64,000 nt of DNA from an uncultured Methanospirillum sp. (lineage in GTDB: Archaea; Halobacteriota; Methanomicrobia; Methanomicrobiales; Methanospirillaceae), in NCBI GenBank assembly GCA_964637135.1, contig CAZWTX010000004.1, positions 1-64,000 of the forward strand, read 5' to 3'. The stretch's first letter is position 1, and each line of letters opens with the position of its first letter. Under the pieces are notes generated by a model. It was not told the DNA's origin and ran no database searches. It saw only the letters and a list, made by a program, of their open reading frames with translations. A program made the translations under genes and the position numbers. Of this stretch, positions 50,939-59,880 are shown piece by piece.

Positions 50939-52261
50939 TTATGAATCCCCCATGATTTCACACAGTCTGACGTAGATTCGTTCAAGAAGTTCTTCGTCGG
51001 TCAGTACACCCTCCGGCGGGTCGACAACCTTGCGTGATGCAATCGGAACATTGTCCATCCGATAGGCACATCCATCAGTCTCGACACCGACCAGGGCGAC
51101 CGGGATATGAACATCCGAGATCTCAGTGGTCAGGTTGATATGCGGATCGATACAGACGGACGGGATCTGTGCCATGTGACGGGTTGCCTCAATGGGGAAG
51201 TGTGCCCCGATATCTGATGCGATGCAGATACAGGCATCTACTTCTTTCCTGCGGAGCAGGTCAACCGAGGAGGTGTCACCAGGCTGGTACCGGGCATGTG
51301 TCCGGCGGGTCAGGTCCACACAGTACGGGAACCCGTACTGCCATGAGAGAACCTGTCCGGAACCGGTAACATTCCAGTGTCCTCTCATGGCGACGATGGC
51401 GAACTTGGTGTAGTCGTTGAGATCTCTGGTCAGGTTGATGGCGATATCGATATTGTGGTTCCGACCGAGGGTGTGTGTCAGGCCCATTCCGAAGAAGATG
51501 ACACCAAACCGGGCGTTCTTCAGGATCTCAACAGCTTCAAGGATCTTCTCTTTCGGAACTCCTCCAACGACATCCGGAATCGGGTTGCCTCTGACTGCGG
51601 TCCTGAATGCATCAAGGACTTCGTAGTCGTATGACTGATCGATCTGGATGAAAAGATCTGCGCAACGGGCGGTATCGGTGTACCGGCAGTCCACGTTGAT
51701 GATTTTTCTTCCCTTGTGACCCTTCGTGGTGAAGAAACCACGGGGGAAGATGGAGTAACGGGACATGTGCCGGGGGTGTGCGTGTGCCGGGTTGCAACCC
51801 CAGAAAATCACGACATCGGCACGATTTTTAACCTCTCCAAGGGTACAGCTTGGCACACCGACATCCTGAATTGCAAGGAGTGATGATCCGTGGCAGACGG
51901 TTGCACAGTTGTCTACGATCGTTCCTGCTTTTTCAGCAGCCTTGTGTCCGATTGCCATCGCCTCGCAGCTGGTGGATGCCCATCCATACCAGAGCGTTTT
52001 CCTGGCTTTAGCCAGTAACTGGGCAGTGTACTCGATCGCCTCATCATAGGTGATCTCCTTGTAGGTTCCATCAGGCTGGCGCTTACGTGGACGGGTAATC
52101 CGATCATGTCCGGCGGAGGTGTGGAGGAACTTTTCAGCTCCGATAGCACAGGCATTCCGACAGTCGATGATCTGTTTCCCGTCGTCGGAGACGGTTACTT
52201 CGAGATCATCGCAGAGTGTCCCGCAGAACGGGCACATAACATCAGTGATAACTTTCGGCAT
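50939..52261 (-). CDS. fwdB: Formylmethanofuran dehydrogenase subunit B, copy 1 (distinct subtype)
   Basis: CPFCGTLCDD, NCATVCHGSS and MRGHWN motifs. Confidence 0.95.
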   Translation of the reverse strand: MPKVITDVMCPFCGTLCDDLEVTVSDDGKQIIDCRNACAIGAEKFLHTSAGHDRITRPRKRQPDGTYKEITYDEAIEYTAQLLAKARKTLWYGWASTSCEAMAIGHKAAEKAGTIVDNCATVCHGSSLLAIQDVGVPSCTLGEVKNRADVVIFWGCNPAHAHPRHMSRYSIFPRGFFTTKGHKGRKIINVDCRYTDTARCADLFIQIDQSYDYEVLDAFRTAVRGNPIPDVVGGVPKEKILEAVEILKNARFGVIFFGMGLTHTLGRNHNIDIAINLTRDLNDYTKFAIVAMRGHWNVTGSGQVLSWQYGFPYCVDLTRRTHARYQPGDTSSVDLLRRKEVDACICIASDIGAHFPIEATRHMAQIPSVCIDPHINLTTEISDVHIPVALVGVETDGCAYRMDNVPIASRKVVDPPEGVLTDEELLERIYVRLCEIMGDS

Positions 52262-52263
52262 GA

Positions 52264-52689
52264 TTAATCCCTCGCTGGAGGTTTTCTCTCATCGCCATAG
52301 CAGAGGGTCTGGACGAGTTCTACAGCCCCAAGGACCGGTTCTTCAGGGGCCGGCTCAATGTCTACCGGAAATCCCTTGAAACAGGGCTCGCCGGTGGAGT
52401 AGGTGTATGCAGAGACGATTGCATTTGCCCAGGGTCCCATCGGGATATGGGCAAGTCCTGGTACGAGATCCTCACGGGTCCGCACTGCTTTAACAACAAT
52501 TGTTCCATCCTTGCTGGTAACCCTGACATTGGTGTTTGCCATGATTCCCAGTTTTTTCATGTCATCCACATGCATATGGATGATCGAGGCTGCGTCGTAA
52601 TATTTCTGGGAGGTCTTCCCAGCTTCCATTCCGACACCCTGCTGAATGGTACGGCAGGTAATGAGATTGAGGGTAATTTTGTCAGTCAT
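52264..52689 (-). CDS. fwdD: Formylmethanofuran dehydrogenase subunit D, copy 1
   Basis: MTDKITLNLITCRTIQQG...PMGPWAN; GGAGG site before the start. Confidence 0.92.
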   Translation of the reverse strand: MTDKITLNLITCRTIQQGVGMEAGKTSQKYYDAASIIHMHVDDMKKLGIMANTNVRVTSKDGTIVVKAVRTREDLVPGLAHIPMGPWANAIVSAYTYSTGEPCFKGFPVDIEPAPEEPVLGAVELVQTLCYGDERKPPARD

Positions 52690-53690
52690 CGATCCTCCGA
52701 TCAGGTTAACCCGGATCTGCACCTCTGATTGAATAGTGAGGTTATTCGGTTCAGATTGGCAGCGAAATTCTACTCGTACCAGGTAACCCTGAGACATCCG
52801 GTTACCTGCTGATGATCCCATACAGGTGTGTACACCCCGGGCTCACCCTGCTGATCTGTTCCGATCATAAGAACGTCTTCGGGGGTCATATAAAGAGTTT
52901 GGATGTATTCGCGATGATTATCCGTGTTTGGTTACAGTATTCCTTATAAAGATAATGATCCTCTCATTTTTGTTGGGCAGGGCGGAAGGGGTTACCCGGG
53001 CATCTTTTCAGTAATCTCATCGAAAGTGATATTGGTAAAAAACAAAAATTTTAAAATTTTATCGGCGTAATGTTTCTTTTTTAAGAAACTGTGCACTGAT
53101 ACTGGTACTTGTGATGCCTAACTGTATATTGGAGATAAAACTCACCCTGTGGGTCGGGTGGATAAAATAGGCACTATTGGAGATCTTGTATGTACGGGTT
53201 TTTTTCTTGAAGCGCAGAATTTGATGAAAACTGGTGGACTACCTTGAGGGCCGATATCAGGCCCGATGTCTTTTTTTACGTTATGGGTTTCAATTTAAAC
53301 TTTAAATGGACAATGCACCTCAAGGGGCCCTTTTTAATTCAAAAAAAAGATAATTATCGAATTTAATGCCGGAACTAAAATGGCTCCTCCCCTGTAAATG
53401 TACAAGTTTACCAGATCGCTATGGTGGGTACCTGGTGAGAAGATGGTGAGGTAAAGAGCCCCTGGTTTACCTCCCGGGGAAGTCATCACCTTTTAACAAA
53501 AAGACCCTTTTTCTGAATAGAGATCTTGCATTCTGGGCAGACCCAGGTTTTTGGTAATTTTTCAAAAGGCGTTCCGGGAGGGATATTCTGTGTTTTATCT
53601 CCCTTCTCGGGATCATATATATATGCGCATTCCAGGCACTGGTACTTATCCATAATTCACCTGTTCTTGGATCAGTAAAAGATGTTGGGG

Positions 53691-54593
53691 TTATTTAATC
53701 ACTTCAGGCGGTCTGTCAGGGCTCCAGACTCTCTTCTCAGCATATTTCTCCCTGATTTCATGTCTGAATGCGTCATATTCTAGTTCATCAAGTTGTTCAG
53801 GCAGGAGCTGGTCGCTCGAAGCCAGTTCGTATATCCATCTGATAATTTTTCCGATAACCTCCATGACAGTATCCGGATCAGACAGGGTTATTAATTCACG
53901 TCCCAATTTTGGATGACGCCCTCTTCTTCCGCCAACGGTGATCCGGTACCGTGGTTCACTTGCCTTAAGGACCTCGAATGGGCAAGGCAGGACACAGATC
54001 CCGCATTCCATGCATCGTTCTTTATCAAGTTCGACAAGACCCTTTCGGACGACAATGGCATTTTCCCTGCAGTACTTAGCGCAGGTTCCGCAACCGGTAC
54101 ATGCAGTGTGATCCCTGAATGGTTCCCGGATCCCGGTAATCCCAATCTCGTTCAGTCGTTCGCTAGCACAGCCGTTTGGGCAGGCAGATAATGCTATCCT
54201 GACCTTTACCGGCATTTCCTTACCGAAAAACCGCTTATCGATCTCTTCAGCCAATTTCAGGGCATCAATATTTGCATATTTACAGTGGTCTGTTCCCATG
54301 CAGGCAGTGACATTTACGATCTCCTGCCGCTCTGACCCAAGAGGTGTCCCGTTCTCCTTCAGAGCAAGAAGCAGGGGTCCGATTTTATCCGGGTCCACCC
54401 CGGGAATCTCCACGGTCTGCCTGACCGTTAGGTGTACCCTGCCATCTCCGTAGGTTCTAGCGATCTTACCGATGCCAATCATCTGGTCAGGTGTCAGCAT
54501 TCCTGCCGGAATCCGGAGACGGACGATGCATACATCGGGGTTTCGTTCGGTAATGATACCTCCCCTGCTGTATACGCGAGGATCTACATCCAT
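53691..54593 (-). CDS. Dsr-LP/AsrC-like siroheme reductase, copy 3
   Basis: RLRIPAG, HLTVRQ, CMGTDHC, CPNGC and two ferredoxin motifs. Confidence 0.87.
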   Translation of the reverse strand: MDVDPRVYSRGGIITERNPDVCIVRLRIPAGMLTPDQMIGIGKIARTYGDGRVHLTVRQTVEIPGVDPDKIGPLLLALKENGTPLGSERQEIVNVTACMGTDHCKYANIDALKLAEEIDKRFFGKEMPVKVRIALSACPNGCASERLNEIGITGIREPFRDHTACTGCGTCAKYCRENAIVVRKGLVELDKERCMECGICVLPCPFEVLKASEPRYRITVGGRRGRHPKLGRELITLSDPDTVMEVIGKIIRWIYELASSDQLLPEQLDELEYDAFRHEIREKYAEKRVWSPDRPPEVIK

Positions 54594-54733
54594 GTAACCC
54601 ACATATACTCAAGTGAGACAGTAAATAGTTGCGGCCATGATGAAAACCGTCGGAACCATGAAATTTCTGAATCAAATGATGAGGTGCCGGTTTTACTCTT
54701 CCTTTATTATCCCAATCTGCATAATACATAGGT

Positions 54734-55303
54734 ATGGCAGATATGTCAGAACACATGGAGGCGTTCTTTGGGGTGAATCTTGAAGAAAAAATCACCGATA
54801 CTCTCAAAGAACTGGAAGAGCATGCAGGTGACATCAAAAAAATATCCGGCGAGATCAGGGAAATAAGCAGAAAAATCTCTGATGATGATATCAAGAATTC
54901 CCTCATGGAAAAGAAAAACATCCTGTTTGATCTCGGTCAGCAGATAATCGACTTGAAACTCTTTTTCGAGTTTTATTTTAAAAAAGACGGAAATAACCGG
55001 CATATTGTTCGGGAACGTGATACTTACATGAAACTCTTTCAGATCATGAAATGGGACACTATTGACGTCAGGGATTTGAAACGTTGGTTAGGAGAACTGA
55101 GGGAGTTATGCCAACAGATTGGCCTTCGTGCCGAGGACCTGGTAAATTTCCAGCGTATTGCCTCTCAGCCGATTCCCGAAGAAATCCTGAAATATCCGGT
55201 GTATGCCATGGACAAGCACGGATACTGCCTTACCGGTTCGAAATGGGATGAGGTAAAACATGAAATTGAAGTCCGTGAAGAGATGGAAGAGCGAAATAAA
55301 TAA
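54734..55303 (+). CDS. Hypothetical helical/coiled-coil protein
   Basis: 189-aa Glu/Lys-rich ORF divergent from Dsr-LP copy 3. Confidence 0.7.
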   Translation: MADMSEHMEAFFGVNLEEKITDTLKELEEHAGDIKKISGEIREISRKISDDDIKNSLMEKKNILFDLGQQIIDLKLFFEFYFKKDGNNRHIVRERDTYMKLFQIMKWDTIDVRDLKRWLGELRELCQQIGLRAEDLVNFQRIASQPIPEEILKYPVYAMDKHGYCLTGSKWDEVKHEIEVREEMEERNK

Positions 55304-55531
55304 CTAATCCTTCTTTTCAAGGATTATCTTCAGATCCTGTCCGATATCCTCAGAGGTGAATATCGTGTTGGATTGTTCTATGATCTCGTGGATATGCCGT
55401 TCCTGAACCCTCGTAATAAGGAGGGTGTACAGTCTTCCCGGTTGCAATACCCGGAGAATAGAAGAAAGGCTGATTATGAAATTCGTACAGTTTTCATCCC
55501 TGAGATCGAAAATTCCAGGTTCATGTTTCAT
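55304..55531 (-). CDS. Small divergent TusA/SirA-like protein
   Basis: FDLRDENC...LRVLQPGRLYTLL resembles the TusA pattern LDxxGxxCP..LxPG; GGTGA site before MKHE. Confidence 0.5.
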   Translation of the reverse strand: MKHEPGIFDLRDENCTNFIISLSSILRVLQPGRLYTLLITRVQERHIHEIIEQSNTIFTSEDIGQDLKIILEKKD

Positions 55532-55699
55532 TGCAGGTAGATTCACCCCTGTCTGAAGAGTACTGCCCAGCAATTCCATACATAATGCGACTGGTCACCC
55601 GTTTAGAGAATAACTTGGTTTTGAGGGTTTAAACAGGCTGCTCCGACTGAGGGAAAAAAGTGAAGGATTCCAAAAATCCTCCTATCATGCCAACTGGTG

Positions 55700-55936
55700 T
55701 TAATCCTGACCGTTTTTTTTGGTGATTCCCAGTTCCCACAGGCCGTCACCGCTGCCTGTAATGGTACATGAATATCCATTCATCTCGGCAAACGCCGGAA
55801 TAGAATCCTTTGCAGCCGGAGGATGGTCGCATCTGACAACCAGTGTTTCTCCGGGAGGGAGAGTATCCAGTTGTTTTTTTACTTTAATGACACAGAATGG
55901 ACAGACTGTTCCGGTAATATCTAATTTTTGTGACAT
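55700..55936 (-). CDS. tusA: TusA/YeeD-family sulfur carrier
   Basis: LDITGTVCPFC..LPPGETLVVRCDHPPA motif. Confidence 0.87.
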   Translation of the reverse strand: MSQKLDITGTVCPFCVIKVKKQLDTLPPGETLVVRCDHPPAAKDSIPAFAEMNGYSCTITGSGDGLWELGITKKNGQD

Positions 55937-55946
55937 GGTATCTCCA

Positions 55947-56453
55947 TCAGACCGCAAATATCCTGGTAGCAATCCCGGTTGTGATCAGGTAGAAGAGAAT
56001 GCTCCCCGCTGCCATTCCCAGGACGAACCAGAGAGACTTGAGGTTTCCCTCACCGGTCATGACGATTTGCCTGAGCGGGCAGCCACCAAGATATACTCCG
56101 ATAAATCCCATTCCTGCTCCCCCGATGAGGGCAAGGACGATATATCCAATAAGAGAAAGACCGGCTGGTGCTCCCGGGACCGGGGAGAGGATACCGCTGG
56201 TGAGAGCCCATGGAAAATGCTCGAAGGCAGTCGGGGTAACAGCATGGAAGATCAGGTAGGCAACTGCTGCCGAAAGGATCATCGCAATGAATCCATTCAG
56301 AAGCCGGGTATGCCTGAACAGGATATAATCCCTGAAACCTCCAATGGCACAGAAACCTGCCCGCTGAGCGAGATATCCGATAAAGAATCCTGCGATGAGG
56401 GTGATTCCCGGAATCAAAATTACCGCAAGGTCTTTTGAAAGCCATCCTTCCAT
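55947..56453 (-). CDS. YeeE/YedE sulfur-transporter family, C-terminal half
   Basis: AQRAGFCAIGGFRD and GGCPLRQ..GEGN motifs. Confidence 0.83.
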   Translation of the reverse strand: MEGWLSKDLAVILIPGITLIAGFFIGYLAQRAGFCAIGGFRDYILFRHTRLLNGFIAMILSAAVAYLIFHAVTPTAFEHFPWALTSGILSPVPGAPAGLSLIGYIVLALIGGAGMGFIGVYLGGCPLRQIVMTGEGNLKSLWFVLGMAAGSILFYLITTGIATRIFAV

Positions 56454-56944
56454 TATACACCTCCGGTACGGGACATGATCACTTTTAATCCAATCCAGAC
56501 GCCAAGGATGATCCCGGCTATTCCTATCAGGGCAATGAGATCTCCATAACCAAACCGGAGAGCAGCACGATAGGGACAGGCTCCGAACAGGAGACCGAAG
56601 TTCATCAGGAGGATCCCGCCGATGAAATGGATGAACCCGTCTTTAAGGGAAGCAGTTTTCAGTCTGAACTCACGGGATATTTTTGCGGCTACAAATCCCC
56701 CCATGAGTGCTCCAAGAACGGTCATCACCGGGAGAATTGCGGCCTTTGAAATCGGAGCCAACCCCAGCGATGTTCCAAGTCCTATGTTAACAAGTCCATT
56801 AACGAGATCACGGGTATGACAGAGGGCACAGAACCCGTATGCTTCGGGCCCGCCCGCAGAGATGGTGAGCCCCTGGATGACTGATGCCAGTATGCCGATG
56901 AAAATACCCAGAAATACCGGTGTTTTAAAGAATTCAGTGTTCAT
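56453..56944 (-). CDS. YeeE/YedE sulfur-transporter family, N-terminal half
   Basis: YGFCALCHTRD and GACPYRAALR..GD motifs. Confidence 0.83.
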   Translation of the reverse strand: MNTEFFKTPVFLGIFIGILASVIQGLTISAGGPEAYGFCALCHTRDLVNGLVNIGLGTSLGLAPISKAAILPVMTVLGALMGGFVAAKISREFRLKTASLKDGFIHFIGGILLMNFGLLFGACPYRAALRFGYGDLIALIGIAGIILGVWIGLKVIMSRTGGV

Positions 56945-56956
56945 AGATATCGATGA

Positions 56957-57478
56957 TCAGGTGTTGGTTACCGTCAGCGTGAGAGGAACTTTGTTCTGAA
57001 CGGTGAATAATGCCATACATCCGTTCAATGCGGCTCTCCTCAATTCTTCGAGTTCTTCCGCAGATGCATCTGAATCCACGTCAAAAAAAACCCGGTACGC
57101 TGAAATGAGCGGATCGTTTGTAAGTTCAAACTGTTTAAGGTAGTTCAGATCTGCTTCAATTCGTGTTTTCATGGATTTAATCTGGATCTTCTTCTTTTCT
57201 GCTGCGGTCATGAATGTCGAGCTGGCACAGCCGGCTATCCAGAATAATCCGTATGACATCGGACTCGGAGAGACCCCCGGCCCTGCGAAGTTTGGGTGTG
57301 AGAGTGCATACGTAATAATACCGCTTTTTGTTTTTGTTTCTGCAGTAAATTGTGGCCCTGCCTCGTCATAGAGCCAGATCCCTTCCATGACGGTTGTAAA
57401 CCTGGCTTCATCTGGTTTTTTCCTGATTTCTTTTTCGTATTCGTTAACCTGTTCAATATCGATATTATTCAGCGACAT
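56957..57478 (-). CDS. OsmC/Ohr-like protein
   Basis: GPGVSPSPM..AGC and a second Cys in NGCM..TVQNKVP. Confidence 0.75.
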   Translation of the reverse strand: MSLNNIDIEQVNEYEKEIRKKPDEARFTTVMEGIWLYDEAGPQFTAETKTKSGIITYALSHPNFAGPGVSPSPMSYGLFWIAGCASSTFMTAAEKKKIQIKSMKTRIEADLNYLKQFELTNDPLISAYRVFFDVDSDASAEELEELRRAALNGCMALFTVQNKVPLTLTVTNT

Positions 57479-57636
57479 CCTTACTAGAATAAAGGGTTGG
57501 GAAGATAAACCTGGTTTTTACAAAATATTAACCATTATTAGGGAGAATATTCATAGGTATTTTTGATAAAATCTGCTCCTGCCACTAGTTCATATCAGGA
57601 TAATGCCTAACCATCCCCGGCAGACGGTTACCAGCT

Positions 57637-59178
57637 ATGAAACCATTCATCAGAACGAAGGTCATCAAGGGAAAGGAGTACCTGTATGAGGTTACCCCCT
57701 ATTATGATCCGGAAACCGGGAAGTGGCGACAGAAAACACGGTATCTTGGAAAAAACGTGGATGGAGAGCCGGTAAAACGCTCAAAATCCATCCAAAGCGG
57801 ACAGATTTTTGATCTCGGGCAATATCTTCCTGCGTTCTGGGCTGTTAGAGAATATAAAATATTTGAATCTCTTCTTACGAGTTGTTCTCCTGGGGAAGCA
57901 GCAACTCTCGTATTACTCGCGATTAATCGTCTGGTCTCTCCCTGTCCGCCGGAAAATCTGAATTCATGGGCTGAATCGACTTACCTGTCACGGCTCATTC
58001 ATGGTGCCGAATTTGAATCGGAAGATCTCGTCTATCTTCTCCAGAAAGTCACGGATCGTCCGGTTGTCGAGGTTTTTTCAACGATGTTTTCAAACCTGAA
58101 CAATCTGGCAGATCAGAAGGTTCTCTTCACCCTGAAACTGCATGATATTCCGGAGATGCAACGGGAGACAGGAAGCGGCCTCTTCTCTGAGGAGATGGTC
58201 GAACGACAACTGGGCGTCAGGATTCAGTATGATCATGAAAAGAACATCCCGGCCGGGTGCGAGGTGTTTCAGTTCCAGCGTTCGGTTATCGAGGATTCAA
58301 TTGAGATGCTCTGTTCTGGCAGGGTTCCGGAGGGGGTCATCGTCTCTCACTGGGACTATCTCTCTCCATCTCTGATGCTCAGGCTGGTCAATGCCGGATG
58401 TTCTTTCATCACCCGGGCGGATGCCACGTATGCACCGATACTCTCCCATATCCTGAACTGGAGCGACCAGATGGATCACCCGGCAAATATCCGGTATTAT
58501 AATGGTGAAGCCTGCTACATCCGCCCGTTTTCAACGAGGATAGGAAAGGAGGCGATTCCCGGATATATACTCCATGATATAAAAAAAGAACAGGTTGATC
58601 GACTCGCCTTTCATAAAAATCTCCAGAATATTCGCGATCTCATCCAGGAGACCAGGAATTACGATGGAACAATGGAAGACCTTCTGAATGAGACTGCTGG
58701 TCATTTCAGACCCTTTTTCACGCTTGAAACTACCGGGGGTTTACATTCGTTCAGGACAAACCAGAAGGCAGTATCAGAGATGAACCAGAAACTCGGGAGA
58801 ACCTGTGTATTATACCAGGGTGATTTCTCATGGGAGGACTGTTTCGATCTTGTGGATCTCAGGGGTCAATTTGAGCACCTGATGAGTATCTACGTCAGCC
58901 AGTTTGAACGGGATTTTTTCCGGTATAAGATTGATAGGATCAGGAAGGGTATCTTCTTTGTCGCATTCCTGACTGTCCTTCTTCGTCACCTGATCAGGAG
59001 CAGACTGGAGGCAGCACACTTTCCTGACGTGATCAGTTTTGAAGCTCTTCAGGCAGAACTTCTGCCGATTCATGTGATCAAATCATACCACCCGATGATT
59101 TTTCCACAAAAACTCAATCGTCGTCAAAAGAGTATTCTCTCCTTTTTTGGAGGCATCCCCTCCCTTGTCGGAGAATAA
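57637..59178 (+). mobile_element. IS1634-family transposase-derived protein; intact ORF with apparently eroded DDE motif
   Basis: N-terminal FIRTKVIKGKEYLYEV..YDP..RQK.RYLGK, LAINR and C-terminal G.FFVAFL / RQKSIL. No terminal inverted repeats seen. Confidence 0.65.
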
Positions 59179-59455
59179 GGACGAATATCCTGCCAGTTGT
59201 ACAAACCGTTATTTTGAAAAATTGACTGTTTTTCACATACTGTTCCCGGAGACTTCATTCCGGTATCCCGGTGTATCCGGGGGTGTTGGGGAACATCGTA
59301 TGCGGTATAACCCGGTACGAGAATGAAGTCCTCATCCTGTCGCGTCATTCAATGGTTTCTATGCTCTCATACCCGCCTGGTGATTGTGACCAGATGTACG
59401 GTGAAGCTGATGGATATGCCGGTATCCTGTTCCGGGTTGCGAAAAAAAGTATAGG

Positions 59456-59878
59456 TTATTTCTGGAATTCCTTGATCGGGCTGGGACCAAGTTCTTTGAC
59501 CTTGTTGCTGACATCTTCCATGACCTTACCCCATTTTGCACCTTCAGATGCTGAGACAAAGGTCATCCTGAAACGCTTGTCATCAAGACCGATGTTCCTG
59601 AGCAATGCCTTGACCATGAACATACGCTTTGCTGCCTTGAAGTTTCCTTCAAGGTAGTGGCAGTCACCGAAGTGACAACCGGAGACAAGGACACCATCTG
59701 CGCCGTCGATAAATGCCTTCAGAATGAAGAGCATGTCGATACGGCCGGTGCACATCACACGCACCGCTCGGACATCCGGCGGGTACTGGATACGGGCTCC
59801 TCCGGCGAGGTCAGCACCTGCGTATGAACACCAGTTACAGATGATAGCCTGGATTTTCGGGTTCCACTCTTCTGCCAT
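59456..59878 (-). CDS. mvhD: [2Fe-2S] subunit MvhD
   Basis: CNWCSYAGAD, RVMCTGR and GCHFGDCHY motifs. Confidence 0.96.
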   Translation of the reverse strand: MAEEWNPKIQAIICNWCSYAGADLAGGARIQYPPDVRAVRVMCTGRIDMLFILKAFIDGADGVLVSGCHFGDCHYLEGNFKAAKRMFMVKALLRNIGLDDKRFRMTFVSASEGAKWGKVMEDVSNKVKELGPSPIKEFQK

Positions 59879-59880
59879 AC

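Noticed and set aside
52850..53690. Long AT-rich intergenic region examined for CRISPR, tRNA or sRNA
   Set aside because: No regularly spaced repeats or cloverleaf; only promoter-like motifs and short palindromes.
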